Below are positions 13,102 to 24,479 of a stretch of DNA of 64,000 nt, piece by piece; position 1 is the first letter of the stretch; each line of letters opens with the position of its first letter. Origin of the DNA: Psammoneis japonica. Its lineage: Eukaryota. The position numbers and the translations under genes are program-made. The stretch is from positions 1 to 64,000 of the forward strand of contig QPGO01000219.1 of assembly GCA_008632985.1 (NCBI GenBank), written 5' to 3'. The notes under the pieces are model-generated. The model made no database searches. It was not told the origin of the DNA and worked only from the letters and a program-made list of their open reading frames with translations.

Positions 13102-15999
13102 TCATTTGTAAGTAGTCCTTGCATCGCAATTCCCCGTTGGTGCATCAGACATTGAGCCCCGTAATCCCTGCTTCTCTTTGTCGTACAGAATATGTTCAAA
13201 GCCTCGCTTCTGCAAATAAGGACGTAACGACTTGGTGTTGACGGGATTCCTACGTGGCGAGAGGTAAACAGCGACTGTTAGGCAACCAACATGAAAAAGT
13301 AAAGATTGTTGTAGCGCCTAGAAAATTTGCTTACCACCAGCAGTGCGTACACTGTATAATCACATCCAAGTTGTCAGGATTCTTGTGCATATCATGTTTC
13401 TGACGATTGTTTCGAATTGTCGTACGTATCTGCTCTTTCTGATCCGCTGTTATCGTGTGCTCGCTCGCATACATGTGAGTAATCTTTGTCCTGGCCAGGC
13501 CGTTTGCAAATGCCGTCCACGTCCTGGGTTTGACATTGTATGTTTCCCCAATATTCAGACACCAAATACTACAGGAAGGGCGTTGCAGGACCTTCAGCAA
13601 ACGCAGAACCTGCTTATCACGCATTCCAATATTAAAGTTCTGAAAAATGAAAACAAGGACAGTTCGCATGAGGAAGAGTGGAGTCAAACGCCATGAAAGG
13701 GACACCACAACGGACATACCTGAATGTACAATGATTGACAATTGGTGTTCTCCTCGAGAGCGTCGAGCGCAGCATCAATGACAACCGTGGGAGTAGCTGG
13801 ATCACTAAGGTACTTCTTCATCTTCAACACAACCATGTCGCTGTCGTTGTTCTTAAGCTTTTCTAGCAAGCTCAGCGTCTTGGGTCCAGTCAAGATGGAC
13901 TGTGATGGCTGACGAACAGATCTCCGAACCCAGTTCCCCGCAGGTGTCACAGCATCGTCATCCGCAAGAATCGCCTTTAGCTCCGCGGCGGTGGGAGGTT
14001 TGGCTTCTGCCTTTACTCTCCTTGCTTCCTCTGCTTCAATTCTTGCTTTTTCCAACTCTTCCGGAGTCGGTGCCAAGATCGGCTGAGTCTTTTTCCGAAA
14101 GCCCGACTTTTTCCCCGATTTTGGTGGTCTTCCCCGCTTTTTCTTCTCAGCGGCTCCCTTGTCTGATTCGCTCTTCTTGGGTCTACCCCGCGGTCGTTTC
14201 TTTTTCTTTCGCTTGAATCTAGGCGGCACCCTCTTTTCAGTAGCGGTACCCCAGGCCGTCTCGCCCCAATCGCTATCCGACCAATACTCAACTTCACTAC
14301 TCATGGCAGAACTGGTATCACCATCCGAAGAAGCCAATACAATTTCGGACGAATTGGGATTGTCGTACTTTGCAAGACCCGGTGGAGTGCAGCCAAACAT
14401 CTTTTGTGCCCAACGCAGAATCTCCTCCTCGTCCTCTGACGACGAGGTGTCATCATCAGAACTGTCCGTGTCCACGACTTGTACTGGTGTCTCTTGCGGT
14501 TGCTTGTTTTCAATGACCTGATCGGTTCCTTTCTTCGTTGGTTCTTGCTTTTTATCCATTGGAACCACTTTTACTTCTTGTTCCCGCCGCTTGACCGGCT
14601 CGGTCGTTTGCAACTGCATCGCCGTGTCCTCTTCGGCATGATTCACCGAGTGCGGTGATTCACTGACAATACCCGCCGGCATGTCGTGGGATGTGGCAGT
14701 TCTAGGAGTTGTAGAGATGATGCGAGCTTCCAATGCTACTGCGTGATGATCAGATCCGTGATGGTATTCTTCCGACGAGGCTTCCATTAAATCCGGCGTA
14801 GCCTCGACATCAAGCGCATCAACGATCGTTCTCTTCTTTGCATCCGAGTCTGAATTGCGTAGCGATGGTTCTGGCTTCTTTTCCATACTCTCGACAGGCT
14901 TAACGATTTCCAGCTTTTCCGTGTGCGCCTTGGTTACTGACTTGACTTGTTTAGTGATACCGGTATGCCTAGGGTTCGCCACGCTCTCGACGACCGGCTT
15001 GAGATCTTCCTTCTCTTTGATGGTCACTGGTTTAACTACTCCCACACTCCCCATCGCCGCCTCTTCTTTTGTGACTTTTGCAGTCTTCGCTTCATGCTTG
15101 TCGGCGCTCTGATTCATATCGATGGTTCCTTTCTCGTTTCTGTCCTTCGACGGAACCGGTTCATCCGACTTGTCATGCTTTCCCCCAGCAGACAACGACT
15201 TGCTTTCTACATGTCGTACTTTCCCCAGTTCCCCCTTGTTCCCATCGGAAATTCCCTCTTTCTTCTTTGGAACTTCATTTCGCTGTTGTTGTTGTTGACT
15301 CGGTACCCACCGTTTCTTGAGCGGAGAGGAGCTTCTACCCAGACGAGTAGGCTTGTGCATAGAATTTTTCTTTTCTGCCTGCTGCGCTGGTGGCCTAAAG
15401 AGTGGATGTCCCGACTTTTGTCCAGGTGATCTAGAATACCCATTCAAACGTCTCCTATCCACGGAAGTGGAAGAAGACCGCGAGGGCGACTGTCTGCTGT
15501 GTTGTCGTGAATAAGAATCATAGGGAGATCTGCTGTGGTGGCTGTTGTGACTGGAACGTGAATGATGACTGGAAGACGACGAACGAGAACGAGACCGCTG
15601 TCTGTCGTATTGACCATATGAATGTGACCTTGATGATGATGGCGAGTAGTGGTGCTGTGATGATGATGCATACCGTATTCTCTCCGTGGTTGCTGCTTCT
15701 CTCCGCGGAACGGTATGTTTGTGTTGAGGTTCGTTTCGCACAACGTGTTGACTACTCTCTCCGTCACGCCTGCTGTACGGTTGCTGTTCTACTTGTCTCC
15801 GACGTTGTTGCTGATGATGATTCTCATGCTTCCATCTAGCACGCGGAGGTCCATCGTTGTGGTGGCGGTGATGCGGCAAGTCGCTTTCATACAGAGGTCG
15901 CTTCTTTCCGCGTCGACCAAAGGCATCGACCTCTTCACTAGCAAACGATGGAACCGACGAATCACCATCTTGCTTTACAAACGATCGAAATGCCGCCAT
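13102..15999 (-). CDS. Large low-complexity nuclear protein with RS-rich N-terminus, two AT-hook-like motifs and a C-terminal RNI/LRR-like domain; exons 13720-15999, 13335-13639, 13102-13249
   Basis: 771-aa ORF with KRPRGRPKK and KKRGRPPK. In-frame GT-AG introns give ...CQSLYIQNFN...IWCLNIGETY...CTHCWWNPVNTKSLRPYL. Confidence 0.85.
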
Positions 16000-18900
16000 A
16001 CTGACATTTACAAGCCTTGACTACTCGATACAACAATAAGGATGATTCAACCCTTCCAATGTCAAGAAAAACACCGCAACCTGCTGTTCGTGACTCAGAA
16101 TCAGAATCTAGCTTTTCTCCCGATCAATAGACGCGTTTCGAAATCCGCTAAGGACTCCTTTGCTTCTAAGCAGTGTGTCACGGTCTCTTTGTTGCGCTAC
16201 TCAAGACAAGGACAACAAACACAGTGCAGAGCGGAGCGGCGTTGAACAGCACTTGCCCGTCTTGGTTGATTTTATGTCTGCTGGTGCAAAGCCGCGTTGA
16301 GTTTTCAGTTTGGTAATCATCCCCTGTAGATTCTACGTGAAGTTCGGGTTTCTGTCATGGCGCACGTGCAAGCTACGTAGAAAGTAGTACTCGCTATTTC
16401 AGTGGTCGTACGGCAGGCGTTAAATTCGAAATATTTTTATTCAGCTTTTAGTACAACATAAAACGTGACGGTCTGTCTGGCTCCACGTTCCAGCACAGAC
16501 CTACATACGGTACACAGACAGACCCACCATACCACACGGCCGCCATTACAAAAAAAATTAAAAATGCGATGTGCGAGCCTGCAGTGTGATTGTAGGACCC
16601 TCTCTCTAGCTAGACTCCTTTCAATGTGAAATACCGGCAGGTAACCAAGCCGGATGCAACACCTTTGGACTGCACCAAAACTTACCCAACTTGCAAAAGC
16701 TTCACAAAGACAGAGACTTGCTGGTTTTCTTTGCCAATGCGGGGGGTCTTGGAAAGCCCACAACGAAGGAAACACATGAAGCAGACACAACTCTTTACGC
16801 ATGGCACATGGACGTTCGAGATTCATACAGACTTGTATCGTGAAGCTGTCGAAACAGGAATTTGAAATTTTTGGAAGACTCCTCTCAAACGCCTTGGCTC
16901 ATTCAGGAAAATCGGTGAAGAATTTCCGAGTTTCGAAACAGTGGGAATTGGTTCTTTGATCCATTAGAGAAAGCATCAGTGCCGCACCGTCTTTCATGAG
17001 TCCAAATTCAATGGAAAAAGGCAACACAGATCTCAGTGCCCACTATGACCTTTCAAACGATCTGACAGCGGGCTCCAAGGGATTGCAACACTAAGGATGC
17101 AGAACACCGTAAGGAGTCGAAATCCCGGAGGAGGACTTGCGCAGTATCTTTCTGCGAGCAAGCCAGAACTCTCATCACCGGTAAACTCGACGGGTACAGT
17201 ATCGATTCCAAGCGTCTTCGCCGTCCTCGCTGTCTTAAAAAAAAGGTCTCTTCAAAGGGTAGTAGCACCAACAAACCTTGGCCCTCTTTTCCAGCTCGAC
17301 CTGTGCGTCCGAAGCGGTGAATGTAGTTTCCTTGATGTCGGGTGCTCCATACAGTACACCCGTTTTAATTCAGTACGAGACGATTCTTCAAACTGGGATG
17401 CTCGACCTGCTCAGGAGCGATAATGACGCGCAGGCAAGTTGCGCGTCGCTTTTCCGTTCTGGTGGGTACTTCAACTCTTTTTGTTGTTACGCAACACGGC
17501 CGGCAGTCATCATCCAATCCATCCATCAAATAATCAAACTCGAGAGGTATCATCTTGTCTACGAAACTTGCCCCACACTGCACTCCACACTGAACTGTGC
17601 TCGAAAGCGTTTCGTTGTTTGGGATGCTCAATAAGCCCTTGTACAGGTAGGGCCTACCGGTACATTGTATGGTGAAGTTCCCGTTGCTCAAGTACTCTTT
17701 TGTATGCTTTCAAAACTGGCGGTATGGTCAAGTCGATTCGACCATACGTACATTGAAGAATTTCCGACTTTCGAAGTAACGAGAATAATTGGTGCTGTGA
17801 TCGACGATGCTTTGGTTGATGGTTGATGAGGATGTCAACAGCGACAAACACAACATCATCATCTTGGGTGATGATGCATGGATCGATGGATTCTGGGCGA
17901 ACATTCGGTCGGCCACGCGCGCACCGCGCGCACAGTTTGCTCGAAATTCGTGACTACGAAAAACCTACGTTGATTTTACTACCACGAGATTCTCGCCAGA
18001 GCGAGAAATCCGTTGGGCCGTCGCGACTTGGCTCACAATTTCCAAATTCAGCCGTTTTGTTGCTGGTCGATTGTTTTTCTTTGTTGGCTTCCAAGCGGTG
18101 AGTGTTGGTCTTGTGCAGTTCCGTTCTGATTGTTGTTACGTTCGATTTCCTTGTCACACGTCTTGTGTGTCACTTCTGTTTGCAGCAACGTTGAGAGACG
18201 CTCTGGCAGGTGTCAAACGACAAATCAAAGCTCGGATTTACCGGCAGTGTCGAGTTTGAAATCGACTTGAAAAACCGTTGTCCTTTCCGTCTGGCGAGAG
18301 GTAAGAATTTCTTTGCATCGCTGTTGCATTTGTCCGTTCTCCTCTTTGTGGAAGTCTCCCTGTCTCTGTCTCTCTCTGACAAACATGCTTCATTTTCGTC
18401 TTTCCCGCAAGTGAAGCTTGAAGGTTGTCTCGCAGGCCATTTGAATCAAGTGTGGCGATGTTCACGGCACCATCGTCATCGGATGAGGACTCACCATGGG
18501 AGGATTCACCATCAACAAATGCCCTCTGTGAAGAGCGCACTCGGGACTCGCACAATGGAAAGTCCAAACGGAGGAAGGGCAAATGAGACAATGACCAGAG
18601 TTGGGACAAAAGGCGGAAGCTGTCTGTTGAAGCAAAGCCATCAAATGAAAAGATGCTGTCTCCCTGGTGCTGTTTTGCCAACAACATTCCTTTGCCCGAC
18701 TCGATGTCATCCCACACTCAAGACCGTCAAAGCCATGCTGCTGCCACAAATGGGACAAGCGAATCGTGTGCTGTCAAGCGAATGCCATCTTCATGTGCAG
18801 CGTCGGTAAAACGAACGAGTGAGTTTGCCGATGGAAAGCCACAAGTTTTGAATAGAAGCGCTGAAGCTGGCGGCTTCCCAGAAGAATCTTCCGTGAAGAA

Positions 18901-19062
18901 GCGCCAGCGAGGTCCAGGTGAGATCGTGACTCACTTTGTTTGTTTCCTGCATGATGATGATTGTCGTCATGAAACTCATTCTTGTCAATTTCATCTCATT
19001 TGTTGAACACAGGCATGGATGGAGCTTCTGATGCTACAACCAGTGGTGGGGTTGACGCGGAG

Positions 19063-19623
19063 NNNNNNNNNNNNNNNNNNNNNNNNNNNNNNNNNNNNNN
19101 NNNNNNNNNNNNNNNNNNNNNNNNNNNNNNNNNNNNNNNNNNNNNNNNNNNNNNNNNNNNNNNNNNNNNNNNNNNNNNNNNNNNNNNNNNNNNNNNNNNN
19201 NNNNNNNNNNNNNNNNNNNNNNNNNNNNNNNNNNNNNNNNNNNNNNNNNNNNNNNNNNNNNNNNNNNNNNNNNNNNNNNNNNNNNNNNNNNNNNNNNNNN
19301 NNNNNNNNNNNNNNNNNNNNNNNNNNNNNNNNNNNNNNNNNNNNNNNNNNNNNNNNNNNNNNNNNNNNNNNNNNNNNNNNNNNNNNNNNNNNNNNNNNNN
19401 NNNNNNNNNNNNNNNNNNNNNNNNNNNNNNNNNNNNNNNNNNNNNNNNNNNNNNNNNNNNNNNNNNNNNNNNNNNNNNNNNNNNNNNNNNNNNNNNNNNN
19501 NNNNNNNNNNNNNNNNNNNNNNNNNNNNNNNNNNNNNNNNNNNNNNNNNNNNNNNNNNNNNNNNNNNNNNNNNNNNNNNNNNNNNNNNNNNNNNNNNNNN
19601 NNNNNNNNNNNNNNNNNNNNNNN
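19063..19623. other. Assembly gap (N run)
   Basis: Run of N, adjacent to the tandem duplication. Confidence 1.
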
Positions 19624-19730
19624 CCACAAGCAACTGCTGCCCGTGATGCGGACTGTCGAGGATTGCGTCAGAACATGGCTTCTGAGAAAACAAGTGAGCT
19701 TCGCGCTGCTGCTGCTGCTGCTGCTGCAGC

Positions 19731-22650
19731 TGGCACAGCAAAGCCGCCGATTCCCACAGGACAGGAAGCTGTTGCTCCAAACGAGAAGGGGGTCCTTTGC
19801 GATGACACGAATCGTCCGCGTGTCCACTGCGCTCGTTCCGGCAACCCCGTCGCCGCTGCTGTGAGCACTTCTGCCGCAAGCAAGCCTGAGTCTGGAGTGC
19901 AAATAAAAGCCAGAGTCAAGAAGAAGAAACCACATTGTGCACTCAATCCCCTTCCGAGTGTTCCTGAAGAGTGCAATGTAATTGATGGTGCGACTGCCAA
20001 ATCCAGTCGTCATCAGAGTGGTTGTTGCGAGAAAAAGAATGGCACAGCCAATGAAGCCATCGCAGTGGCTGCCAAAGATGCAAAAGGAACCTTGGAAACG
20101 GGCGACTTGAAGGGGAAACCTTTCGTGGGAAACTGAAACCGAGGTCAAGGTAAGACAACGACTCGCATTTCTTTTGGTCCAGTCGATCATGACTGTTCAC
20201 GACCGTGTTGTCATCGCCTTCATGTCAATTGTTGAGTTTAGTCGCAGTCACCGAATCTTCGCGTGACAAGATGGGAACAGCTGGGATTTCTGATGGCGAA
20301 AAGGAAGCGGAGCGATGCAATGTGCACAAGAGTGAGGGCCGTCGGAAGAACGCAGAATGCCCTAAAACGATCAGCGCTGACTCAACACCTGTTCAGCTCG
20401 GCAAGGTCCCTCTTTCGAGTGCTCTCGCGAGCAAAGAGAACACAGGTCCGAACGGGACTGACCAAACCAAGACGTCTGTGAGCAATTGTGAATTCAAAAT
20501 GAGTCGTTCGCAAAGAAACACGGCTCCAGCTCCTCCACTTGTCCCAACCGGTAAAGCTGCAGCTCCCAAGAAATAGAGAACTTTACAATGTGGTGGTGAA
20601 CGGTGCGGTCGTTCCGAGAACGAGAACACTGCCACCAATGAAGATGCATCATTTGTGGCAGCCCAAGCCTCGCCTTCAGTTGAAAATGGAACTCCTGAAA
20701 TGGCCGGTTTGTCGAAAGGACATGCCTTGAACATCACAGGCAGGAAAATGGTTCGGTTTGTTTCGCTGTGCCTCGTTCTTGACGAGGAATTTGTTCTTGC
20801 CACTTCCACATCTCGTTCGTTGCGCATAGACGCCGATGGCGGAGCGTGCATGACAAACTCCGGGCGTGATGTTAACGTGGACGCACCCGCTGTTACGAGT
20901 CAACTTGGGAAGATCCAAGCCAGGACGCCTGACATGAGTTTGAAATCGGGATCAACTGAGCACACGAGGAAACAAACGGCTGCTTCTCCGGACGTGTCCG
21001 TTTCTACCATGGATTTGGAAATGCCAAATTTCAAGCTTAGAGATGGTCATCACAAGACCACAATGAAATTTGATGAACTGGATTCATTCCCCATGCAAGA
21101 GCCTGGCAAGGAAGCAAACGAAGAAGACGTCGATGAAGAAAATGAATCTGATGCCTCGAGTGCCTTTTCTTTAGGATCTCCGCCTGTTGTTGTCACTGGC
21201 ACTGCGGTCAATGCTTCATTTAGTGCTCCCGTCGCTTCGTCTGAAGAATCAAGCCGCAACCGAATCCCAGCTGGTGCAGCAAAGCCACCAATTCCCACAG
21301 GACAGGAAGCTGTTGCTCCAAGCGAGAAGGGGATTCTTTGCAATGGCACGAATCGTCCACGTGTCCACTGCGCTCATTCCGGCAACCCCGTCGCCGCTGC
21401 TGTGAGCACTTCTGCCGCAAGCAAGCCTGAGTCTAGAACGCAAATAAAAGCCAGAGTCAAGAAGAAGAAACCACATTGTGCACTCAATCCCCTTCCAAGC
21501 ATTCCTGAAGAGTGCGATGTAATTGATGGTGCGACTGCCAAATCCAGTCGTTGTCAGAGTGGTTGTTGCGAGAAGAAGAATGGCACAGCCAATGAAGCCA
21601 TCGCAGTGGCTGCCAAAGATGCAAATGGAACCTTGGAAACGGGCGACTTGAAGGGAAAACCTTTCGTGGGAAACCGAAACCGAGGTCAAGGCAAGACAAC
21701 GACTCGCATTTCTTTTTGTCTGGTCGATCATGACTGTTCACGACAGTGTTGTCATCGCCTTCATGTCAATTGTTGAGTTTAGTCGCAGTCACCGAATCTT
21801 TGCGTGACAAGATGGGAACAGTTGCAATTTCTGATGGCGAAAAGGAAGCGGAGCGATGCAATGTGCACAAGAGTGAGGGCCGTCGGAAGAACGCAGAACG
21901 CCCTAAAACGATCAGCACTGACTCAACACCTGTTCAGCTCGGCAAGGTCCCTCTTTCGAGTGCTCTTGCGAGCAAAGAGAACATGGGTCCGAACGGGACT
22001 GACCAAACCAAGACGTCTGTGAGCAACCATGAATTCAAAATGAGTCGTTCGCAAAGAAATGCGGTTCCAGCTCCTCCACTTGTCCCAACCGGTAAAGCTG
22101 CAGCTCCCAAGAAACAGAGAACTTTACAATGTGGTGGTGAACGGTGCGGTCGTTCCGAGAACGAGAACACTGCCACCAATGAAGATGCATCATTTGTGGC
22201 AGCCCAAGCCTCGCCTTCAGTTGAAAATAGAACTCCTGAAATGGCCGGTTTGTCGAAAGGACATACCTTGAACATCACAGGTGAGAAAATGGTTCGGTTT
22301 GTTTCGCTGTGCCTCGTTCTTGACGAGGAATTCATTCTCACCACTTCCACATCTCGTTCGTTTCGTATGGACGCACGCTCTGCCCGTGTTGTTGTCTTGG
22401 ACGCACCCGCTGTTACGAGTCAACTTGGGAAGATCCAAGCCAGGATGCCTGGTGTAAGTTTGAAATCGGGATCAACTGAGCACACGGGGAAACAAAAGGC
22501 CACTTCTCCGGACGCATCCGTTTCCACCATGGATTTGGAAATGCCGAATTTCAAGCGTAGAGATGATTGTCACAAGACCACAATGAGATTTGATGAAATG
22601 GATTCATTCCCCATGCAAGAGCCTGACAAAGAAGCAAACCAAGAAGACGA
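19731..22650 (+). repeat. Tandem duplication with 1541-bp offset (copy A ~19731-21130, copy B ~21272-22650)
   Basis: Near-identical sequence, e.g. AKPPIPTGQEAVAP...KKKKPHCALNPLPS...MDLEMPNFK twice; landmarks 20150/21691 and 20829/22370. Confidence 0.97.
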
Positions 22651-24479
22651 TGAAAATCCCACGCCCAAAGTTACAGAACCTGTTGTTGCTGCATCATCAA
22701 TCCAAATGGGCGACTCTTCCGGCGGATTGGCGCACGCTGCCAATGCAGGAAGTGAAACCGGCGGCTTGCCAAACAAGCCCTCCCCCAGAAAACGCAAACG
22801 AACTGCAGGTGTGACAGTTGCCCATGTTTTGCTTGTTGCTTCTGTTGTCTGCTGTCAACATTGATGCGACCCCCTTCTCATCGGTGTCATCTCACTCGTT
22901 GAACACAGACTCTGAAAATGTGTCTTTTAGCAACGATGGAGAGTGTGAATCTGATGCCTTGGGTGACTTTCCTTTGGGATCTTCGCCTGTTGCTGCCACT
23001 GGCATCCTGTCCAATGACTCATTTAGTGCTCCCACCGCTTTGTCTAAAGAATCAAGCCGCAGCTGAATTTCAGGTGAGAAGATGATTCCCTTTTCATCGC
23101 TGCCTGTGTGATTTCATTGTTGTTGACACTGCCTCTTGCCGGCATCATCTCATTTCATTGAATGCAGACACAGAAAATGGATCTTCTGGCGAGGTTGAGA
23201 GGCAGCTTGATGCTTGCGACTCTGTTGAAGAAGAGGAAGAAGCAGCCAAGGCACCCATGCTTCCCACGACAGCCGGTGTCCGTGAAGCTGGTGGGTGGCG
23301 TGGCCATCCCATTCAAGGAGCGTCGGATGGGCCAGGCCTGGCTTCGAATGCAACCGTTGATGCGACTGAGACCAATGGGTCAATGGATCCAACAAGCAAA
23401 TCCACTTCCACTTGCTCGAATCATTCAGTTTCTACCATGTCATCTCGTTTGCTGAACAGAGACAGAGACCACAATGGATCTTCTGGCGAGGGTGACTTGC
23501 AGCTTGCTCTTTGTGACTCTGATGAAGAAGAGGAAGCAGAAGAAACCAATGAAGGTGCACCCACGCATTTCATTGCCGCCGGTGGCTGCGGAGGTGCCAG
23601 TGACTTGGGTGGCTCTGTCATTGGGGGGGTGCCTGATGCCATGACAGAAGATGCCGAAGCAGCTGTGAGTGAAAGCGACGATTTGGACAGCCTAGATTTA
23701 GGGGCTCCACCTGCTGCTGCGACCGGGAACTCTGAGCAAGCTGTAGAAAAGGCTGCCAAACCTTTGGAAAAAGGACATCGTGTCAAGAGATGGAAAACTG
23801 GCACAGGCGCTAGGTTGATGACTCAAGCCGAGGCTTCAAAAACCGGGTTGAGCTTCGATGAAGGGCTTGCACCGGTGGGTCATTGCATTCCGGACACGCT
23901 TCGTCTTGTCTTCCTTAACATGGTTCACGACAAAAACGTGAGAAGGAGATTAAAGATGTCCAAAGCGGCGATTCGAAAGGAATTGGGCCAATGGGTGGCG
24001 TCCGAGAAATGCATCTCTTTTTGTGCGAGAAAAGGATTTGAGGCGCAACTGTTGTGCCGTGAAGAATCTCGAAGTAAAATGGCGTTGCTTCTGAAAGAAG
24101 AAGGCGCATGTCTTGTCATTGTGGATTGCATGGACAGGGTCAAAAACGTGATGGCCAAGCATGCAGTGGCATGTTTTGCGAAGCATGGTGTCCTCGTAGA
24201 CACTGAGCCTTGCACTCACTTCGTCAGGCTTGAAGAGAAGGATCGAGGGACTCTTAAGCGCCGAAACAAGACGTCCATCAAGAAAGCAAATCGCATCTTT
24301 AAGAAATTATTTGACGGCGAAGAAAACAAAATGTTCGAAATGTGCCAGATTTCAAGGAAAGTGTAAGAAACGGGTGGTCAGGTTCGACAATCAGTTGCAT
24401 AGAGCGCAATGAAACCATTTTGTAAACCACTGCATAAAATTGTAAGGAGAGACTTAAGACAGTGGCATTCTAGACGCGG

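Larger units (their letters stand above)
18410..24366 (+). pseudogene. Multi-exon, internally duplicated low-complexity gene with a globular C-terminal domain; TpA-depleted and probably inactivated
   Basis: Long acidic/Ser-Ala-rich ORF pieces separated by intron-like segments. Premature stops (~20134 TGA, ~20574 TAG, ~23063 TGA) and mutated splice sites. Last ORF 23158-24366. 5' end uncertain. Confidence 0.6.

Noticed and set aside
16800..17920. Possible minus-strand gene (ORFs 17365-17691, 17728-17916)
   Set aside because: Protein-like but interrupted and without a recognisable domain; cannot be supported.
18982..20190. Long ORFs of 281-399 aa spanning 19-20 kb
   Set aside because: Artefacts of translating through the N gap.
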